From NCBI RefSeq assembly GCF_001194135.2, contig NC_068998.1, positions 40,820,127 to 40,884,126 of the forward strand: a DNA stretch of 64,000 bases, written 5' to 3'. Made by a program: the position numbers and the translations under genes. The notes below the pieces were generated by a model that ran no database searches, was not told where the DNA came from, and saw only the letters and a list, made by a program, of their open reading frames with translations. Every line of letters starts with the position of its first letter. Within the stretch, counting starts at the first letter, position 1. Positions 13,699-29,090 of the stretch are shown in pieces. The DNA comes from Octopus bimaculoides (lineage: Eukaryota).

Positions 13699-13792
13699 CT
13701 GCTCGTCTAAACGACGCTGCATTGTCCAGCAAAACACAACTCTTTAAGCTTGTCACCAGACACTGCTGTATTTTGTAACCATCCAAAAAATA
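13699..13792 (-). CDS. Candidate 94-nt exon: start-codon exon encoding MQRRLDEQ (ATG at 13722), or internal exon YFLDGYKIQQCLVTSLKSCVLLDNAASFRRA
   Basis: Acceptor TTTTTTTAAATTTGTTTTTCAG| and donor CAG|GTAAGTAA are both near-consensus. Three CpGs are retained in a CpG-depleted region. Product not recognised. Confidence 0.45.
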
Positions 13793-14646
13793 CTGAAAAA
13801 CAAATTTAAAAAAAGTCAGATATTGGAACATACTGCTGGCAAAACATTAACACATTATTTAACAACACTGAAACTTTCAACAATGACACAACTGTTTTCT
13901 TCATCAGATTGTTAGACCAAAATTAATGCTTTCATGAATATAAGCATGTGATCATAGTTGAGGAAATGATAAGACAGATCCAGTTGTCTTTGTTTTGTTT
14001 ACTGTCTTAATCAGATGAGGGAGGGAAGCATCTATTATGACTTTTTGCACAATTTCAAGTGACTGATAGAGAACAGAAAACTTGTGACAGATGGGTTACA
14101 GTGGAAAGCAGCAGAGAATCAAATATATTGGGACATCCCTGGACCAGAAATCCAGCCCAAATGCTTGTAACAGAGTATATTCCTGCTAAAAGCCCTTATT
14201 GTGGTGTAAAGACAGGTGATAGATTTAGTCTACCACCTCAAAAACAGGAACAGTCCACCTGATAAGCTTCCATATAGTCCCTGTCCATCTTGGCTCTATC
14301 ACAAAGGTCGAGTAGAGCTGAGTCTATGGAAGAAAACAGTAGCCAAAGATGTCCACCACACATTGGGACTGAACCAAGAACTATGTGAACCATGCTTCAA
14401 TAGTTTATCTTAATTCTACTTAAATGAAGGAAAAGATGATCCAGATTATAAGAAAACCTAAAAAAATATCCCTACACCAGGACCAACTGATTACATTTTA
14501 TGGCAATAAGAACAACTTCAAATAATTAAAATTTTGTAAAAATGCCTTAATATTGTTTCACAACTAACTGATCTGGCATGAAAACCAGGGTGGGATTTGG
14601 GGTTCTAAAATTAGTTGAATAAATGGTAACTGCAGAAAACTTAATT

Positions 14647-14862
14647 TTAACCCTTTCGATACCGACCTGTTTGAGACCACCCCTGGTTCAGTGATGAAAA
14701 CTTCCTGTTTTAAAGTCATCTAATTTAAAACCTTCCATCAAAATTTCATGTTAATTTTGCTCTCCAAACTTCAGCTCAATAATGAAGTCATTTCACCAAA
14801 TTCTCCATTATTTTCAATAAAGGTAGTATATTTTGACATAAATTTGGTAACAAAAGAATTAA
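14647..14862. mobile_element. piggyBac-like MITE (same family as 33091)
   Basis: TTAA-CCCTTTCGATACC...GGTAACAAAAGAA-TTAA; internal AAAACCTTCCATCAAAATTTCATGTTAAT is shared with the other copies. Confidence 0.7.
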
Positions 14863-17800
14863 TACAAGAACATTTTTGATTCATGTTTGAAGTAAGTTGG
14901 AAGCAGTGTAGAGTATGTTGGTACATGAAAATTTCAACCATGAAGGGAGATTAAAGTTTTAAGTAAGATTACCATTTTTGAAATCAATATACAATGCTGT
15001 GAAGAAAAAAAAAATTCAAAGGATCCCTCAAGGTTTATGTGATTTTGTCATTTCAATAACCAACAATAACAAAATTCTACACTCAACTGCCAAGAAATGT
15101 GTAAATTTTAAGACAGTGTCAAGAAGTAGTGTTCTGGATCATTGTTGACACTGATGTTATTATTTAGTTCCAAATCAGCTTTGGTTCTGCAGAGATATGA
15201 TTAAAAATTTTCCAACTGGGACCATCACATATGTTTTACACATCCAAGATGACTATATTCATTGTGTGCTTTCCTTTTAAAAAAGCTATTTGAAGGAGAT
15301 TTGGCTGCTATTTCTATGAGGTTGAGCAACCACACACAGGCTTTCTTGTTGGCTGATGTTAGTTTCTGCGGCATAACTTTGAAGACATGTTTGATTGCGT
15401 GTTTATTAGGTGGTTAGCAATCTGGTTAAGTTTCCTTTTTTAGTAGGGGGTAGAGGGAGAGATGCTGATATTTCAGTTATCTTTGAGTACATGTTTATGT
15501 TTATATTTCTCTGGATCAGAAGGGTTAGGGAGTTCTTTTAGAAACACACACCTGATCTTTATCTGTATATAAGAGATAGTTATACATCCCCGAAGGATTT
15601 ACAGCATGGAAAGAGGCAGGGAATCAGAAACCTAGGCAATTTAATAGCATCAATAAAGACTTCTATTATATATAACCAAAAGCACTAACTAATACGAAAC
15701 AAAGTGCTGTGATTATTACTGTGCACTGTCACAAACACAAATATGAAGTTTACTGACTGATCCCATTGTATACTTAGCACAAATACAGTGATTCTATAAC
15801 ACATCACAAACATTATTGGTGTGGAATGAGGTTGATGCAATGTTATGTAAGGTGTATGACAGACTGATGCAAATGATACCTAAAAAATGCCTGCTCAATT
15901 ATTCATGTAAACACCTCAATTTACAGAACAAGCTAACTCACATGGAATTATTTAAAAAAAAACTACATGCAAATAAACCAGTTTTGAATAACTATTTGCA
16001 TTTAACTAATTAATGCTCTGAGTATGTCAGATAATTTGAATCAGATTTTAATTTAATCTCACAGAAGGATTGAATATCAAGGGGTGTGGTACAATCAGTG
16101 CATTTGTGTGAGTGTTTGAGAGAAAGAAGAGACTGAGACAAAGATAAAGATCATGTGTATAAATGAGAACATATAAATGTACTTTAGAAATAGCCATTTA
16201 ACATATCACCCAGTGTGAGTCTATCTAAACAGGTGCTGTAGTATCAGACACAAAACAATACAAGAAATCATAAATCTAAGCTTTAAAACAGGCGAGTTTA
16301 GTGAATTCAAAAGGTGGTATATATATTTGACACTATCCAATTAGTAACCTCACCCCCATTCTTGTACTGTCCTGACTGTCTGTGAAGTCAGAAAGGTTGC
16401 TTGTATGAGACATGAAGTGAAGTAGCGGAGAAACATGAGAATAAAGAACCAAAGTTGTCTATACAATTGCTAAACATATCAGGTGGGGGACTTGATTGAG
16501 GGTTGTAATCTGGAAGAGGTATCATACACCAGCAATAAGGCTAAGGGGATGTGGTCAGCATCATTATCTGATCACTCTGCTGTCTGTTCTCAATTAGAAA
16601 CCATTTCAGTAAACATGGCCTGTCAGGTAAAAATAAATAAAGTAGAGCAAAAAGGAAATTAATTATCAGATATGCAGATGCATGCCTTCCCTACACCACA
16701 ACAAATGTTTGGTTGGATGTGTGTGTGAGAGAGACTGACGATAAGTGTACTGAGTTGCTAATGGGTCCAGTAGATGTCCTTAATAGTTCTAATCATCACC
16801 AACATTAACATCATTTTAATGTCCGCTTTTATATGCTCACAGAGGTTGGATAGAATTTGTTGAGGAGTATTTTCAATGCAAGGATCGCCTTCTTGTTGAC
16901 AATCCTCATGTTTCCCAGTAAAATAATATTTCCCCATGGCCAGACATGTTTTCGTGGAAGATTGTAAATGAAGGACAATGCTTGCATGATGGTGACACTT
17001 GTGTTTTACAAGTATCATTTGAAGTCAAGGCAGGGAAACAGTAACACACACACACACACACGTCAGACCTCTTTCAGTTTCAATCTGCTAAATTCTCTTA
17101 CAAGACTTTGGTCAGCCCAGGGCTATACTAGAAGATACGTGCCCATGGTGCCAGGGACTGGACTGCAAACTATGTGGTTGGGAAGCAAGCTTCTTACCAC
17201 GCAGCCATGCATGCGCCTATATAACATTCACCAGGTTGAAAGTAACATATAACTGCCAAACAGTATTTATCTCACCATAGACATTGTTATACTTTTAGGC
17301 TCTCCCCTCTCCTCCTTGTCCTGATGACTAGTAAATAGTACAAGGAATTTATGGTAAAAACATTAGTGTCCCAGTGGAGGAATGATGGGATTAGATGACA
17401 AGACACCCTTATCTACAAGCATGTTGCAAAACTGCTCCTCAATGTCATTATCTAATATTTTAAACTTCCTTTACTACAAAACAATAAGGATAATAATTAA
17501 AATAACATGTCCATGTTTGCTATTAACTTTGTTTATTTGTGATATAAATGGAATTAATACAAATGGGTTGGTCAGTGTAATTTATTGCTTTTCTACATCA
17601 TCCAATTCCAGCTAAAACATGTAACAATCGATGAAAGCTCCACCCAAAGATGGAATGCTAGTCTATCAGTACGTAACCGTTTCTTGAAGATTTGATTCAT
17701 CACAACTTGGATAACTGTAGCATGTAGGAAAGAGTGTCCTGAATACTGTATTTTCTGCTATACAAGGCATATTTTTCAGACCAAAAATTCCATGTGAAAT

Positions 17801-17989
17801 GCAACATGATTTGGAAAAATTGCGATGATGTTTACAATATAAACTGTGTTGACTTGTATGCTGGAAAATATGGTACAAACATACCAAAGTACATTTAGCT
17901 AGATTTGAACCCACAAATGTTGTCATCGTCTTCTTCAAGCAGCACATTTAAGATGCATTTGACAATGATACACCAGAACTTCTGCCTTC

Positions 17990-18400
17990 AATTTCATCTT
18001 GTGTGTCTCTGCCATTAACAACAATATAGTGAAGTGTTCTTTGTTGTCTACTAGGGTGATGAAGTCTCCAAAAATAATAACTGATATTGCCTGTTGTTCA
18101 GTACATCAGCAGTGGCTAGTTGAGCCTACCCTGCATTGAACAATAATAGTAGAGATGGATGGAATGCGCCCATAAATCTCCTCTTTTGTCTTGTATTCAC
18201 ACTATTTAAACTAAGTTTTAACAGCAGTGAAGTATGTTATCTACTTCGTTCTTATGTCTCTATAGTTTTGCCAAGTTAATGCTTGATGTTGCTGATAGAA
18301 GATATCAACAATATTATGGCAATTTTCCTAACAGCCTTTAACCACCACATAGAACATCACTTAACACACCAAACACTGAAGCTAACAAAGGTCTTTCAGC
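17990..18400 (-). mobile_element. LINE (RTE-like) C-terminal remnant
   Basis: Minus strand EIYGRIPSISTIIVQCRVGSTSHC resembles the LINE C-terminal motif LYGxLPxISxxIxxRRLRLAGHC. Confidence 0.55.
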
Positions 18401-19205
18401 TTGCTAGACCTATCAGTTAAATCTCTCTTAAAACATATACTCTCCCTATGAAAAAGGAAGGATAGATTGGATAATGTAGTCTGGGATACATTATGCCCGA
18501 ACAAAAAAATGATGGGATAGTTATGGGTGGAAAGTTTTTGATCAGGGCCAATTTGGGGGCTAAAAACAACAGTACATATCTAACTGCTACAAAAAGGTAC
18601 AAATTGATCAGTTTCTATGGTAACAGTGGGTGTTTGTTATAAACTGACATACAACTATACTCTCAAAATAATGGAATTGTTCCAAGTAGTACAAGCCAAT
18701 CTATAAAGAGTAACTGAGAAGCCACCATATGGTCAGTCTACTTGCTAAAAATATCAAATCATGTTTGGAAAACAGAGAAGATGGTTGTGCTTAGGATACC
18801 TTTGATCACAGACCTGCTAATTGGGGTTGATCAAAGCCGAAACATTAACATGCACAAAGACACACACACACATACAGGTGTGTGTCTTTCTTTGCCCCCC
18901 CCCCCCACTGCTTATCAACTGTAACTTGGCAGTTTGACATAAGAGACTGATAGAATAAGTAGCAGATTTATATATAAAAAAAAGGGGATGGATGGGTGTT
19001 TGTTTGACTAAAGCCTTTCGTGGCAGTAACCCAGCATGGATGCAATCCAATGACTGATATAAATATATAAGTAAAAACAATTTTATGCTTGTTCACAAAC
19101 ACATTATTCTACATACTTTTTTTAAATAAAGAAATCAAGTGATTTATAAAAATGGGTGAGGAGAAAATCTGCTTCAATAAACTCTGTCTGACCCATGCAA
19201 GCATG

Positions 19206-19287
19206 NNNNNNNNNNNNNNNNNNNNNNNNNNNNNNNNNNNNNNNNNNNNNNNNNNNNNNNNNNNNNNNNNNNNNNNNNNNNNNNNNN
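19206..19287. other. Assembly gap (N run)
   Basis: Direct reading. Confidence 0.99.
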
Positions 19288-20496
19288 AGGGATTCAGTAG
19301 TAGTGTTTTTGTTTAAATCAGGAATAATACTTACGAGACAGATTAAGAGGCTAGAGTTTAAAAGAATACATCTAATCCCATCATTAAACGGAAAGTAAAA
19401 ACAAAATAAAATAAAAAAAAAAGAGGAAAAGTAACAAAGCAAAATGTTGGTGCATTAGCTGTGGTTCCATGGCAATTTCAGGAAGGAAGGAACATTAAAA
19501 GAAGGTCTGACAGGAAGAAGTGATGGAAAGATGGAGTGCAGGCTTTGAAAGAGGGAGGAAAAAATCAGACAAATAAATGTAGGGCATTTCCCATCAAAAT
19601 CCAGAATTAGTTTCCTTTTGAGACAAGTCACAAATTTGTTGATTGGTATCTTAAATAACTTATGGGTATGTGTGTATGAGAGAGAGAGAGCAGTAAGCAT
19701 TGTTTCAAAGGAGATATTATTTGTCAACTATTGCTGCATCCGACAAAAATTGGATAAGAAGAGGAAAAAAAAGTAACGAATGGCTGCCCAGAGATTGGTT
19801 TCTTTCATACAAAGAGGAGACAGAAAACATATATTAATCATGCACTATAAACTATTTATTGGATGATCTGTTCACACACACATTTTTAAGGAGGTGTGTG
19901 TGTAGGGGTTGGGGGTGGAATAAAAAAAAAAGTAGAGGCAAAGGAACAGAAAGCCTAAAATTTAACCACAGCTGAATGAAATAATTGAAGCAAAACCAAA
20001 ATTAACAACATTTTACATTGTTGATGGTTTGGTGTCATCCTCTTCAGTCACTACCTGCTCACCCTTATATCTGAGAGTATATTGCTATATGCCTATTTAC
20101 CTGTCTAATTAACAAGTCCCTGGAGGTAGTCTCTGCATAGGTATTTGACTTGCTACAAACAACAGCCAAATTTCCTTCCAAACCAAAGGGAAGGATGCAT
20201 TGGGTAAGACAGAAAAAAAAAAAAAAAAAAAAAAAAAATTACCACTGGAACATCTTTGATTATAGGATCACTAAACAACAACAATTATATGAGAAACAAG
20301 TCAAGGAAGCCTCTGGATGGTTAGTCAGTCTGCTGTAATAACAGCCAAATCTTCATTTCACATTGTACTGACTTAAGAAAGGAATAGACAATGTAGCGCT
20401 AGAAACACTATAGTTAGGCCTGCTTAACCTAGGCTGATTTGAGAGGGAGAAAAACCCACAACTGTACAAAAGGGCTTATATTGGGTAGTTGTTTAA

Positions 20497-20750
20497 TTTT
20501 GGTTTAAATCCTTTTGTTACTTGTATTTCTATTGAAATTTACTGCTTTTATCTCAACTTTCAAAATACTGAAAAATTTAGTAAAATAACTTTATTACTTT
20601 GGAACATAAAATGAACATGGAATTTTGATGAAAAAAATTTAATTTAGATCACTTTAAAATAGGAAATTTTGTACCATAGAACCAGGAGTAGTCTCAAGTA
20701 TATTGGTACCATAGAACCAGGGGTAGTTTCAAGCAGGTGGGTATCAGGAT
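20497..20750. mobile_element. piggyBac-like MITE, reverse orientation, with a short internal duplication
   Basis: TTAAATCCTTTTGTTAC start, internal sequence is the reverse complement of the 14647 family, and GTACCATAGAACCAGGrGTAGTyTCAAG occurs twice (~20671 and ~20707). Confidence 0.55.
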
Positions 20751-23700
20751 AGTATAACTTAAAACAGTTGAGTGAGAAGTTGATGTTCCATAAACAGCCT
20801 GATGCTGTGTCGATCTTATGTAAACACTACCAAGTGACCTGACACCTATTCCAGCTTGTTAGGTGAAGTGAGGCATGTGAAATCTACCCACATACATAAA
20901 GAAAATACTACCCCATGCACTCAAGACATTTCACTACTCCATTACCACATTATGTGAGTGTATATAAATAAAAAAACTTCTCTCACTATTTTTCAGTTTT
21001 CCTTTTTTAAATCATAAACTGAAATTTGAATTAAAATCAATAATAAATTTATACTGTGGTTTCAGGCTCAGTCCCACTCTGGTAAAAGACTTTTACTATA
21101 GCCCTAGGCTAACTAAAGCCTTGTGAGTGGATTTAGGAGATGAGAGCTGAAAGAAGTTTGGCATATGTGAGCGAGTGTTCAGTTCACGTGTGTTGTATTT
21201 CCTTGTCTTGACATCACACAGTAGTAGTAAAACAAATGGCATTGTCTTCCACAAAAACATGTCAGGCTATGGAGAAATATTACCCAGCAGGCTACAAAAA
21301 ACCTGCCCCAACGAATCCTGTATGATCCATGAAAGCACTGGAAAATGGATGTTAAAATAATGATGATAATATATTAATTAGTTATAAGGCAGTGAGTTGG
21401 CAGAATCATTAGTGTGCGAGGCAAAATGCTCAGCAGCATTTCATGTCCTTATGTCCTGAGTTTAAATTCTACCAGGGCCAATAAAAAAGTACCAGCTGGA
21501 CGCTGGGGTTGATTTATTTGACCCAGCCTCTTCTACAAACCTGCTGGCTTTGTGCCGAAATTTGAAATCAATATATTAATTAGTTATCATTTAATGAATT
21601 TTTGGAATTTAATATAAAACTGAGGCTGCTACTACTACCAACACCTAACATCTTACTTTTGAATGATAACTTTTTACAATTGAAAAATAAATTAAAAGAA
21701 AGGCAAAACAAACATTAACTGAAACAATCACAACAATAAGAGGTGGGTGACATGTTACAGCCAACTAAAATAGGGCAATGTATGCAAGAACATACATGTG
21801 GTGGCTTGCACTGCCAGAAACAACAGCCAATTCTTCCTCAAATCACACTTGTAATTTCTGAGCAAAACAAAATATTGGAATCTGTAAACCTAAACCAGGT
21901 ATTGACAACTTGGATGAAGGAAGGATTAAGATTTAAAAAAAAAACAAAACAAAAAGGCCCACCTCCCACACCTTATGAAGAGGAAACTGAAGAAGCCACT
22001 GTTGGTAAGGCCAATGACAAAACAGAATTTAAAATATAAATATAAACACACAAAGGGTTAGACATGATGGGGAGGAGGGGGAGTAGTGGCTGCTTGGAAG
22101 ACCACATATACAGAGTGAGTCATGACCAATAAAGAAAGATAACAGTGTTTAGAAAATGAAGGAAGGAAGGAATAGTGCAACTAGAACAGTTGCTATGGTG
22201 TGGTCATGGAAGTGTTATCAGTTGAAATGGGAGGAGGATTAGGAGAAAGAGGAGGAGGCTTAAAAAAAGGAAGTCTTAGTGATTCCCCTCTCAAACAACA
22301 AAATGTGACTACAGACAACAACATCAACACACACATACACCAGATGACATCAGCACCACACCTACTATATCCCTCCACAGAAGTAAAGAGAATTTTAAGT
22401 AGAATCTGGTATCCAACTAAAAATAAAAAGACCATCAAAAATTTTCTGTTTCTCTCAAGTGGAGAGGTAGAAACATTAAAGCATTATAATATTTAATACA
22501 AATTAGTTCCAACTACGGGCTCCTTACATGGTGACTCGACCTGTGCTAGAAACAGCAGCTAAATCCCCTGTAACACATGCCTTAACAGCATATCAAATAA
22601 AAACAAGAGATGATAACAGCTACAACTTGTTTGATCACAGGTTTATATACTGAGGCTGCACTGAGAGCTAAGCAATAACTAACAATCACTAAATATGTGA
22701 AATATATTAGACATAAACTAAGGATATTATACTCCGGTGTATACTGACACACATGGAAGTCTACCTAAGTAATGTAGTAATAGTAGAAGGGATATGTTGA
22801 AAGTGTGACTGCCAACTGATTATAATATTTCAATTAAATTTACAGTAGGCGTGGATAAATTTTTTCAAGAAGCAGGCTGCTGGAGACGTGGCACATCAAG
22901 CAGGCTGCACTACAAAAAGAATCAAGGTAATTTTTCATCAGGTGTGCCATTCAAAAAGTCCTGTGGGCAGCAGTTTGTCCATGACTGATTATAGATATAA
23001 AACAATATAAAGGAGTGATGGAAACAATGTAAAATGTCTTACAGTGTTTATTTGGGAACCTCTACAGTCTGAGTTCAAATCCTGGTTCATCAAACTTTGC
23101 TTTTTATTCATTCATCTAGGATTGACTGGCACATCAAGCATGTGCCAGTCAATACAATCAATCATTCAAGTATCTCTCCTATAAATTTGTGACCATGTGT
23201 GCTTAACTGTTGAATTGTCAGTGACATACAAAATGCCCATCGAGATCAACTTTGCTTTTCATCCCAACAGTGTCAATAAAATAAAATACCAGTCAAGTAC
23301 TGGGTCTATTTAATTGACCAGCCGTCCCTCTTCACATAATTTCTGGCCTTGTGCTAAATTAGAAACATTTATTAAATAACCAGCAGAAAACCACAGACTT
23401 GTAAAGAAAGTGTTGTTATATTTCTTATGTGGATATTTCTAGTTTGCACCAGCTAAAATGTTAGCATGCTCTAAATACCACGCTAGTCACTGTTAATATA
23501 TAAACGAGCCTGGTGGCCAATTCTCTTAAGAACTGCTCTTCTGGATAGTATCAGTCACATAAATATATCTTTAAAATAATGCAGCTAAAGTTATTCTGCT
23601 ATGAATGACCAAGGGAAGTGGTCAGTAGGATAATATAGTATCCTGATAGTATGACACCACATGCTAAGATAAAATATTGGCAGAGCAGATATATATCTAA

Positions 23701-26187
23701 ACTAAGTTCTGCAGGACAGTTCTATTTGAGTTGAATATAGTGGGAAAAGCCTTTGCAAAGTCGTAAGGCTACCCACCATAGTTTGTCCAATGCTGAGGAG
23801 GTTGTCAAAGACGAAATTCTATACTGGTTTGGTCAGAAGTACTGCTTGTGTGAGAAGCAGGTTGGATTACAAGTGCTTGCAATATATTAGGTACCCCAAT
23901 ATTCTGTGGGCAAAATGCTTAGTGGCATTTCTTCTGGAACTTCATGTTCTCAGTTAAAAGTCTGCTTAGGTTGACTCTTATGGGGGTCAATAAATTAGTT
24001 AATTAGATCTACCTGAGTACTTGATAGGTAATTCTATTAAGTTCAAAAGGGTGAAATGCAAAGTCAACCCTGGAAGAATTTGGAACATATCACATGAAGG
24101 AAAGCACGGCTATTGCTACTTGTATTTGCTAAGTTCATTAATTGCTTATAAATATTTTTTGTATTTTTTCGAGATGTAATGTCCTGCTAGGTGACCTGAA
24201 TATCCTGGGCCACTAATCATTTTCAATATATGGCTGTAAATTTCAGGATGGTACCAACATATCAGCCTACTCTATGAATATACCGACTGAATATTAAATA
24301 GTTCACCAGATGGATGTAATTTCAGGCTCCCACAAAGTGGGCTACATACACACCAGACATTTTCAGAAGAGAAGAGGCAAAACTGGGCAAAATCAAACTG
24401 CCAAGCAAATTGGATTAACTTCTATAAATAAGAAGCAGATTTTTCTCACCTCCGTTTAAACTTCTAAAGTGCAAAGAGTTCAACAGGCCTCCAGTCAAAG
24501 CTGTACTTCTCACATCAGGATAATGTGGATACCAATATTGTGTTCAAGTACTGCATGCAGTCGAGCGTGGGGAAAAGACTATGAAGATATGTACCAGAGA
24601 CATACATGTTGGAGACCCTTTGGCAGGTTCATTTGATGACCTGGTATTTGCAATGGGCTAGAATTACTGGTTTTATCACATTTATGATGTTCGTGCAAGT
24701 AAGGGGGTGGAGTTTCACATGCATTACCTGTATTCCATACCTTTTAAGTTGCAATGTAAGTTCTGCTTTCTACAGCAAGGGCAAAAAACTATTTTGGAGG
24801 ACTTAGCTGATCTATGTAGACACAGAAATTTGTGTATCTGGCTTGTATCCCTTTCAGTTGGTGGTTGTTGACAACAACTCTTTCAGGAAGCTTGAGTAAT
24901 TAATTGTTATGGTAGATAATTCATCAGCTCTGATGAGACACGAAGGTGCTCTTTTGCTAGAAGTGAATAATGAACAAACTGCCTCCTACCAATGGTTCCT
25001 CACTCCAGTATGCCTGATGTGCAATGTAGCAAGCAGGTATCTTGACAACCAGCACACAAACCCAGCAATTCCACAGGGAATGATTGGACCAAGATAATTA
25101 GAGTTGTTGGAAATACTTTGTGGAATAATTCCCCATTTCCAGGGAATGCAAAAAACTGATCAAATGTTTCCGAAAAAAAAAAACCAAAGTTCTGGTCAGT
25201 AAAATTTAAATGACCCTAGTTATTCTAACAGAAGGTGTGGACATTTGTTTGGGCTTTTTATGATTCCCAGAACAAGCATATAGTTATATTTTGTCACAGA
25301 TGCCAGGTATCTATGACACAAATTTCTTTCAGGGTTGAAGAAATTCACGTCATAGACATTCTTTTACTTTGTTATTTTACAAAATAATTTTTTAAATACA
25401 TATTTAAAAACATTCCGAAATGCTATACTACCTGATTAAATGTGCTACAGATTTGCTAGGCCAGTTGTGACCCAGAACTACAAAACAGCTTTGAAGATTA
25501 AACTACTTTAAATGCAATTCAATGCATATAAAATTGTGGGTCAGTCTGAACTGAAGTGACATCCTGCATCTGACCTAGTTACCTAGTAGAAGTAGAGCAG
25601 AAGATGAATTTAGAACATACAGTGTGTCAGTAATTCACTAATGAATGTCAAATGAACTGGAAACTGACCATTAGTTTGCTGGAGGAAGGCACAGTTTCTC
25701 CCACAACAATAAAACAGAACAGGCCAAGGTGAAATACTTTGGTAATATCTGTACTCTCTCATAATTAGCAACAAATCTGGTATGGTTCTTCAAAAATAGT
25801 TGCTAGCACAGGACTTTCTGTGGAGGAATGTGTTTCAACCAACAAGGATGAGGCAATGGGTTTTCAGATGTAGGGATTTAGTAATGCCTATTTAAAGAAT
25901 TGAAAAGAGAAGCTATTCTGAGGAGAATCATTAGGTATATCGAATTAATTTCCAAGAGACTTCAAGTCAATAGGCTGTTGTTGTTTAGCATATGTGAGTC
26001 TTAAATGAATGGATCCATGTTTAATTAAAAATATTCCAACAGTGGCCAAGACAATAGGTTGATATTTCTCACTGACTGGTTTTCAGCTGGTTTTAAGTTG
26101 AACTGCCAGAGTATATTGGACAAGCAGTTAAGAGATTGTCACTGGGACCATCAACACCTAACTAACCAAATAGTCTTGTATACTTAC

Positions 26188-26278
26188 CTGTGGGGATAAG
26201 TATTAAATCTTTGAGAAAACTACCAGCAACAGACTGGCATCTGTCTCACAGATATGTATCCTTCATCTGTTTTAACAC
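26188..26278 (-). other. Candidate non-coding (5' UTR) exon, 91 nt
   Basis: Acceptor GTTTCTATAG| and perfect donor CAG|GTAAGTAT. All three frames contain stops. Confidence 0.3.
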
Positions 26279-29090
26279 CTATAGAAACTAGTCTTAATGA
26301 ATGAGAAAGTCTGTGAAAGGACTGACTTATGATTATTTCAAAACTTTGTTTCAGAATGGTTTAATTAAAATGAAGATTATTGCCCATAGTTATTTTATAG
26401 CATCAAAACTGGGGATCTTGTTCAGAATATTTACAGAAGAGTGGGCTCCAACAACAGGTACCTACCTGAGAGTCAGGCAGCGGTAACATTAAATTGGGTG
26501 ACAATAACAGTAGCCATAGAAGCAGCAATAAGATACATTTTCTCTCTTGATGACTGCCAGAGCCATACCAAGAAACAGACCATGTTCGGCAACATGCCAA
26601 CATTTATTCTCTGTTTAGACTGATGGAAATTGGTTGGTTTATCTCAGTTGATACTGCTGCACCCTCTGTTACAGCATTACTATTGGTATTTAATAAAGGT
26701 CTTACTGTCTTGTTTACAGATGCTCTTTGAAGCATCTAAATTCTTTTTAAGTTATCCTTGTAAGACTATAAGCTTAGTGGACTTTGAATGGCAAACAGGA
26801 TGAGAGAGAAGAGGAAAGTTGGGGAGGTAATTGGTTTCAGCAGTCTAAAAAAGTGTGTGACTAGCTAGATCCAGTAAGACTGGTTTATAAAACTTAACAA
26901 AATCAAATGAACCAGTTCTTCTGCAAACAACCAATACAAAGGTTTAGGTCATATGTAACTTGAAAATGCAAATTATTATTCTCTCAAGAAAGGAAGCTGT
27001 CACACACACACACAGTTGCATGTGAAAAAAAAATGTGTATGGAGCCCCCACTTTCCTAGAACATCCAAACAAAATAACAAAATAAATACAAATCATAGAA
27101 GTGGAGCACCAATATGACTGTTTGGCTTGCTAGAAAAAAAGCTGTCAAATTTCCCTCAAACTACAATAAAAAAACTGGATGGTCGTGACTTGAATGCCTT
27201 TAATCATAGATTTGCTCAGCCAGGATTACCCTAAGACTAAATAACAACAAAATTTAGTTATTTTACAAAACTCCTCTGAAGAGTAAACTGGAGATCTGTT
27301 TCTAATATTTGTAACAGAGTAAACTTCCCTAAAAACATTCAGAGTGAGTTGCATTAGGCTTGTTATTAAAAGCAATGAAGGAGCAGGTGACATGCACTAA
27401 ACTAGGTTGTATGTCAGCTGTCCCACCTAAGGTGAGCAGATTCAGTAAGCAAGGAATATGTGCAGTGGGATCAAACCCAAAGCCACATTAAGCAATCTTC
27501 TTAACCACCCAACCATAGCAGTGGTTACCTAATGTTTTTATTGTTATTGTTCATCAAAGATAAGCCATGACGAATAAATGTTAACCTTATCCTGACAGAA
27601 AACAATGTTAGCTGGAATCCACATATTAAAATCACATAGAAAAATATATTAATTGAACATTTAGTCCAAAAGAGTAATATTTGGTGAAAGTATGCTAACC
27701 ATGAATAGCTGATGGCTTCAAATTCCATTGGAGAATGTCTATGAAATTAAACTTCAAAAAGAAAGGTTTCTCAAAGCAGCAATAGAAGGTTGGTAGGGGT
27801 AAATCATGCAAAAAAAAACAAAAGAAAAAGAAAGAAATATCTGGCTTTACAAATTTAGTGTGGTTGGTGTTAAGAAGGGCATCCAGCTGTAAAAACTATG
27901 CCAAAACAGCCACAGTAGGCTGGTGGAGGCTTCTACTTGGCTGGCTCCTGTCAAACCATCCAACCCATGCCAGCATAGAAGACGGATGTTAAATGACGAT
28001 AATGATGTATGTCTCTGTCTATGTCTAACATAACATGTATTTAGATCAAACACACACATAGAGGCAGAAGTAACCAGCACCTTCAACTGAATTATCACAA
28101 AAACTGCCAGTTTGCTATCCATCACTGACCTCAATCAATTTCCCCCAAATCACTCTTTAGATATGCTATGGTTGGGTCACAACCGAAACATGGTTAATGG
28201 AAAAGGTCTGCCAGAACAGAGTTGGCTTGTGGTTAAGCAACACAGACTAATATTCTGAAATGTTTTCTAACCATTAATAAGTTACTGGCTCACTGGCCAA
28301 GGTGTTATCTCCATGTTATATTATGTCAAGGGTAAGCTAACCTCCTTGGAAAGAGTAAGAGAAGAGATATGACTCAACGATGAGTTAACATCTGTATGAC
28401 AGAACCTGCCTGCTTACAGTAACTTAACATCACTCTGTAGTAATTACACTACAATGAATAACGGGGGTGGTGGTGGTGTAAAGGACCCTTGAAATGAGAA
28501 GTTTTGTTAAGAGGCAGAGCTAGTACTGCAAAATACTATAAACACAGACTGACATGATCTTTATGAAATGCCAAGGAAGGACAAGAAGGAATGTATAGAA
28601 AGGTAATCTGTAGACATTAGCTTACACAACTAATATACACTAAATATTCTTAATAGTCACACTACCTCATTGTTTTATATAGTAAGAGTGAGGGAGGGAG
28701 ATTGCAAAAGTAAACAATCTCTCCTTAAACAAGTTCTCACAGGAAAACCAACACAACACTGGAACCTACCAATCTTGCCAGGGTTTAACCCCAGGTTGAC
28801 CTATGACCAAAGGTGTTCTAACTATCACCATATATCCCACCATTGCCAACAGAAGGTTTACTCAGAACAAACATTATCCAACGTCTTTATTGCGGATGGC
28901 AGGGTGCTATTTCTAGCAGGCTGGGTGACCATGTAAAGGATGGGGGTGGGGACTTCATAGTGTTGGTTTGCTTCCCAATCTGTGAATGTTTAACTCTGAA
29001 GTAATTATTCATTTAACTTTTAATCTGATGAATCCATATAGCAATGTGAAAAGATCCAAAGAGAATATTTACTCTGGGTCTTACAATAGG

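Noticed and set aside
24300-25150. Possible Gypsy integrase remnant (LLATLHIRHTGV on minus strand)
   Set aside because: Only one short motif-like match. No CxxC or DDE motif could be traced.
26180-26190. ATACTTACCTG, identical to the 5' end of U1 snRNA
   Set aside because: Only 11 nt match and the U1 body does not follow. It is simply the complement of a consensus splice donor.
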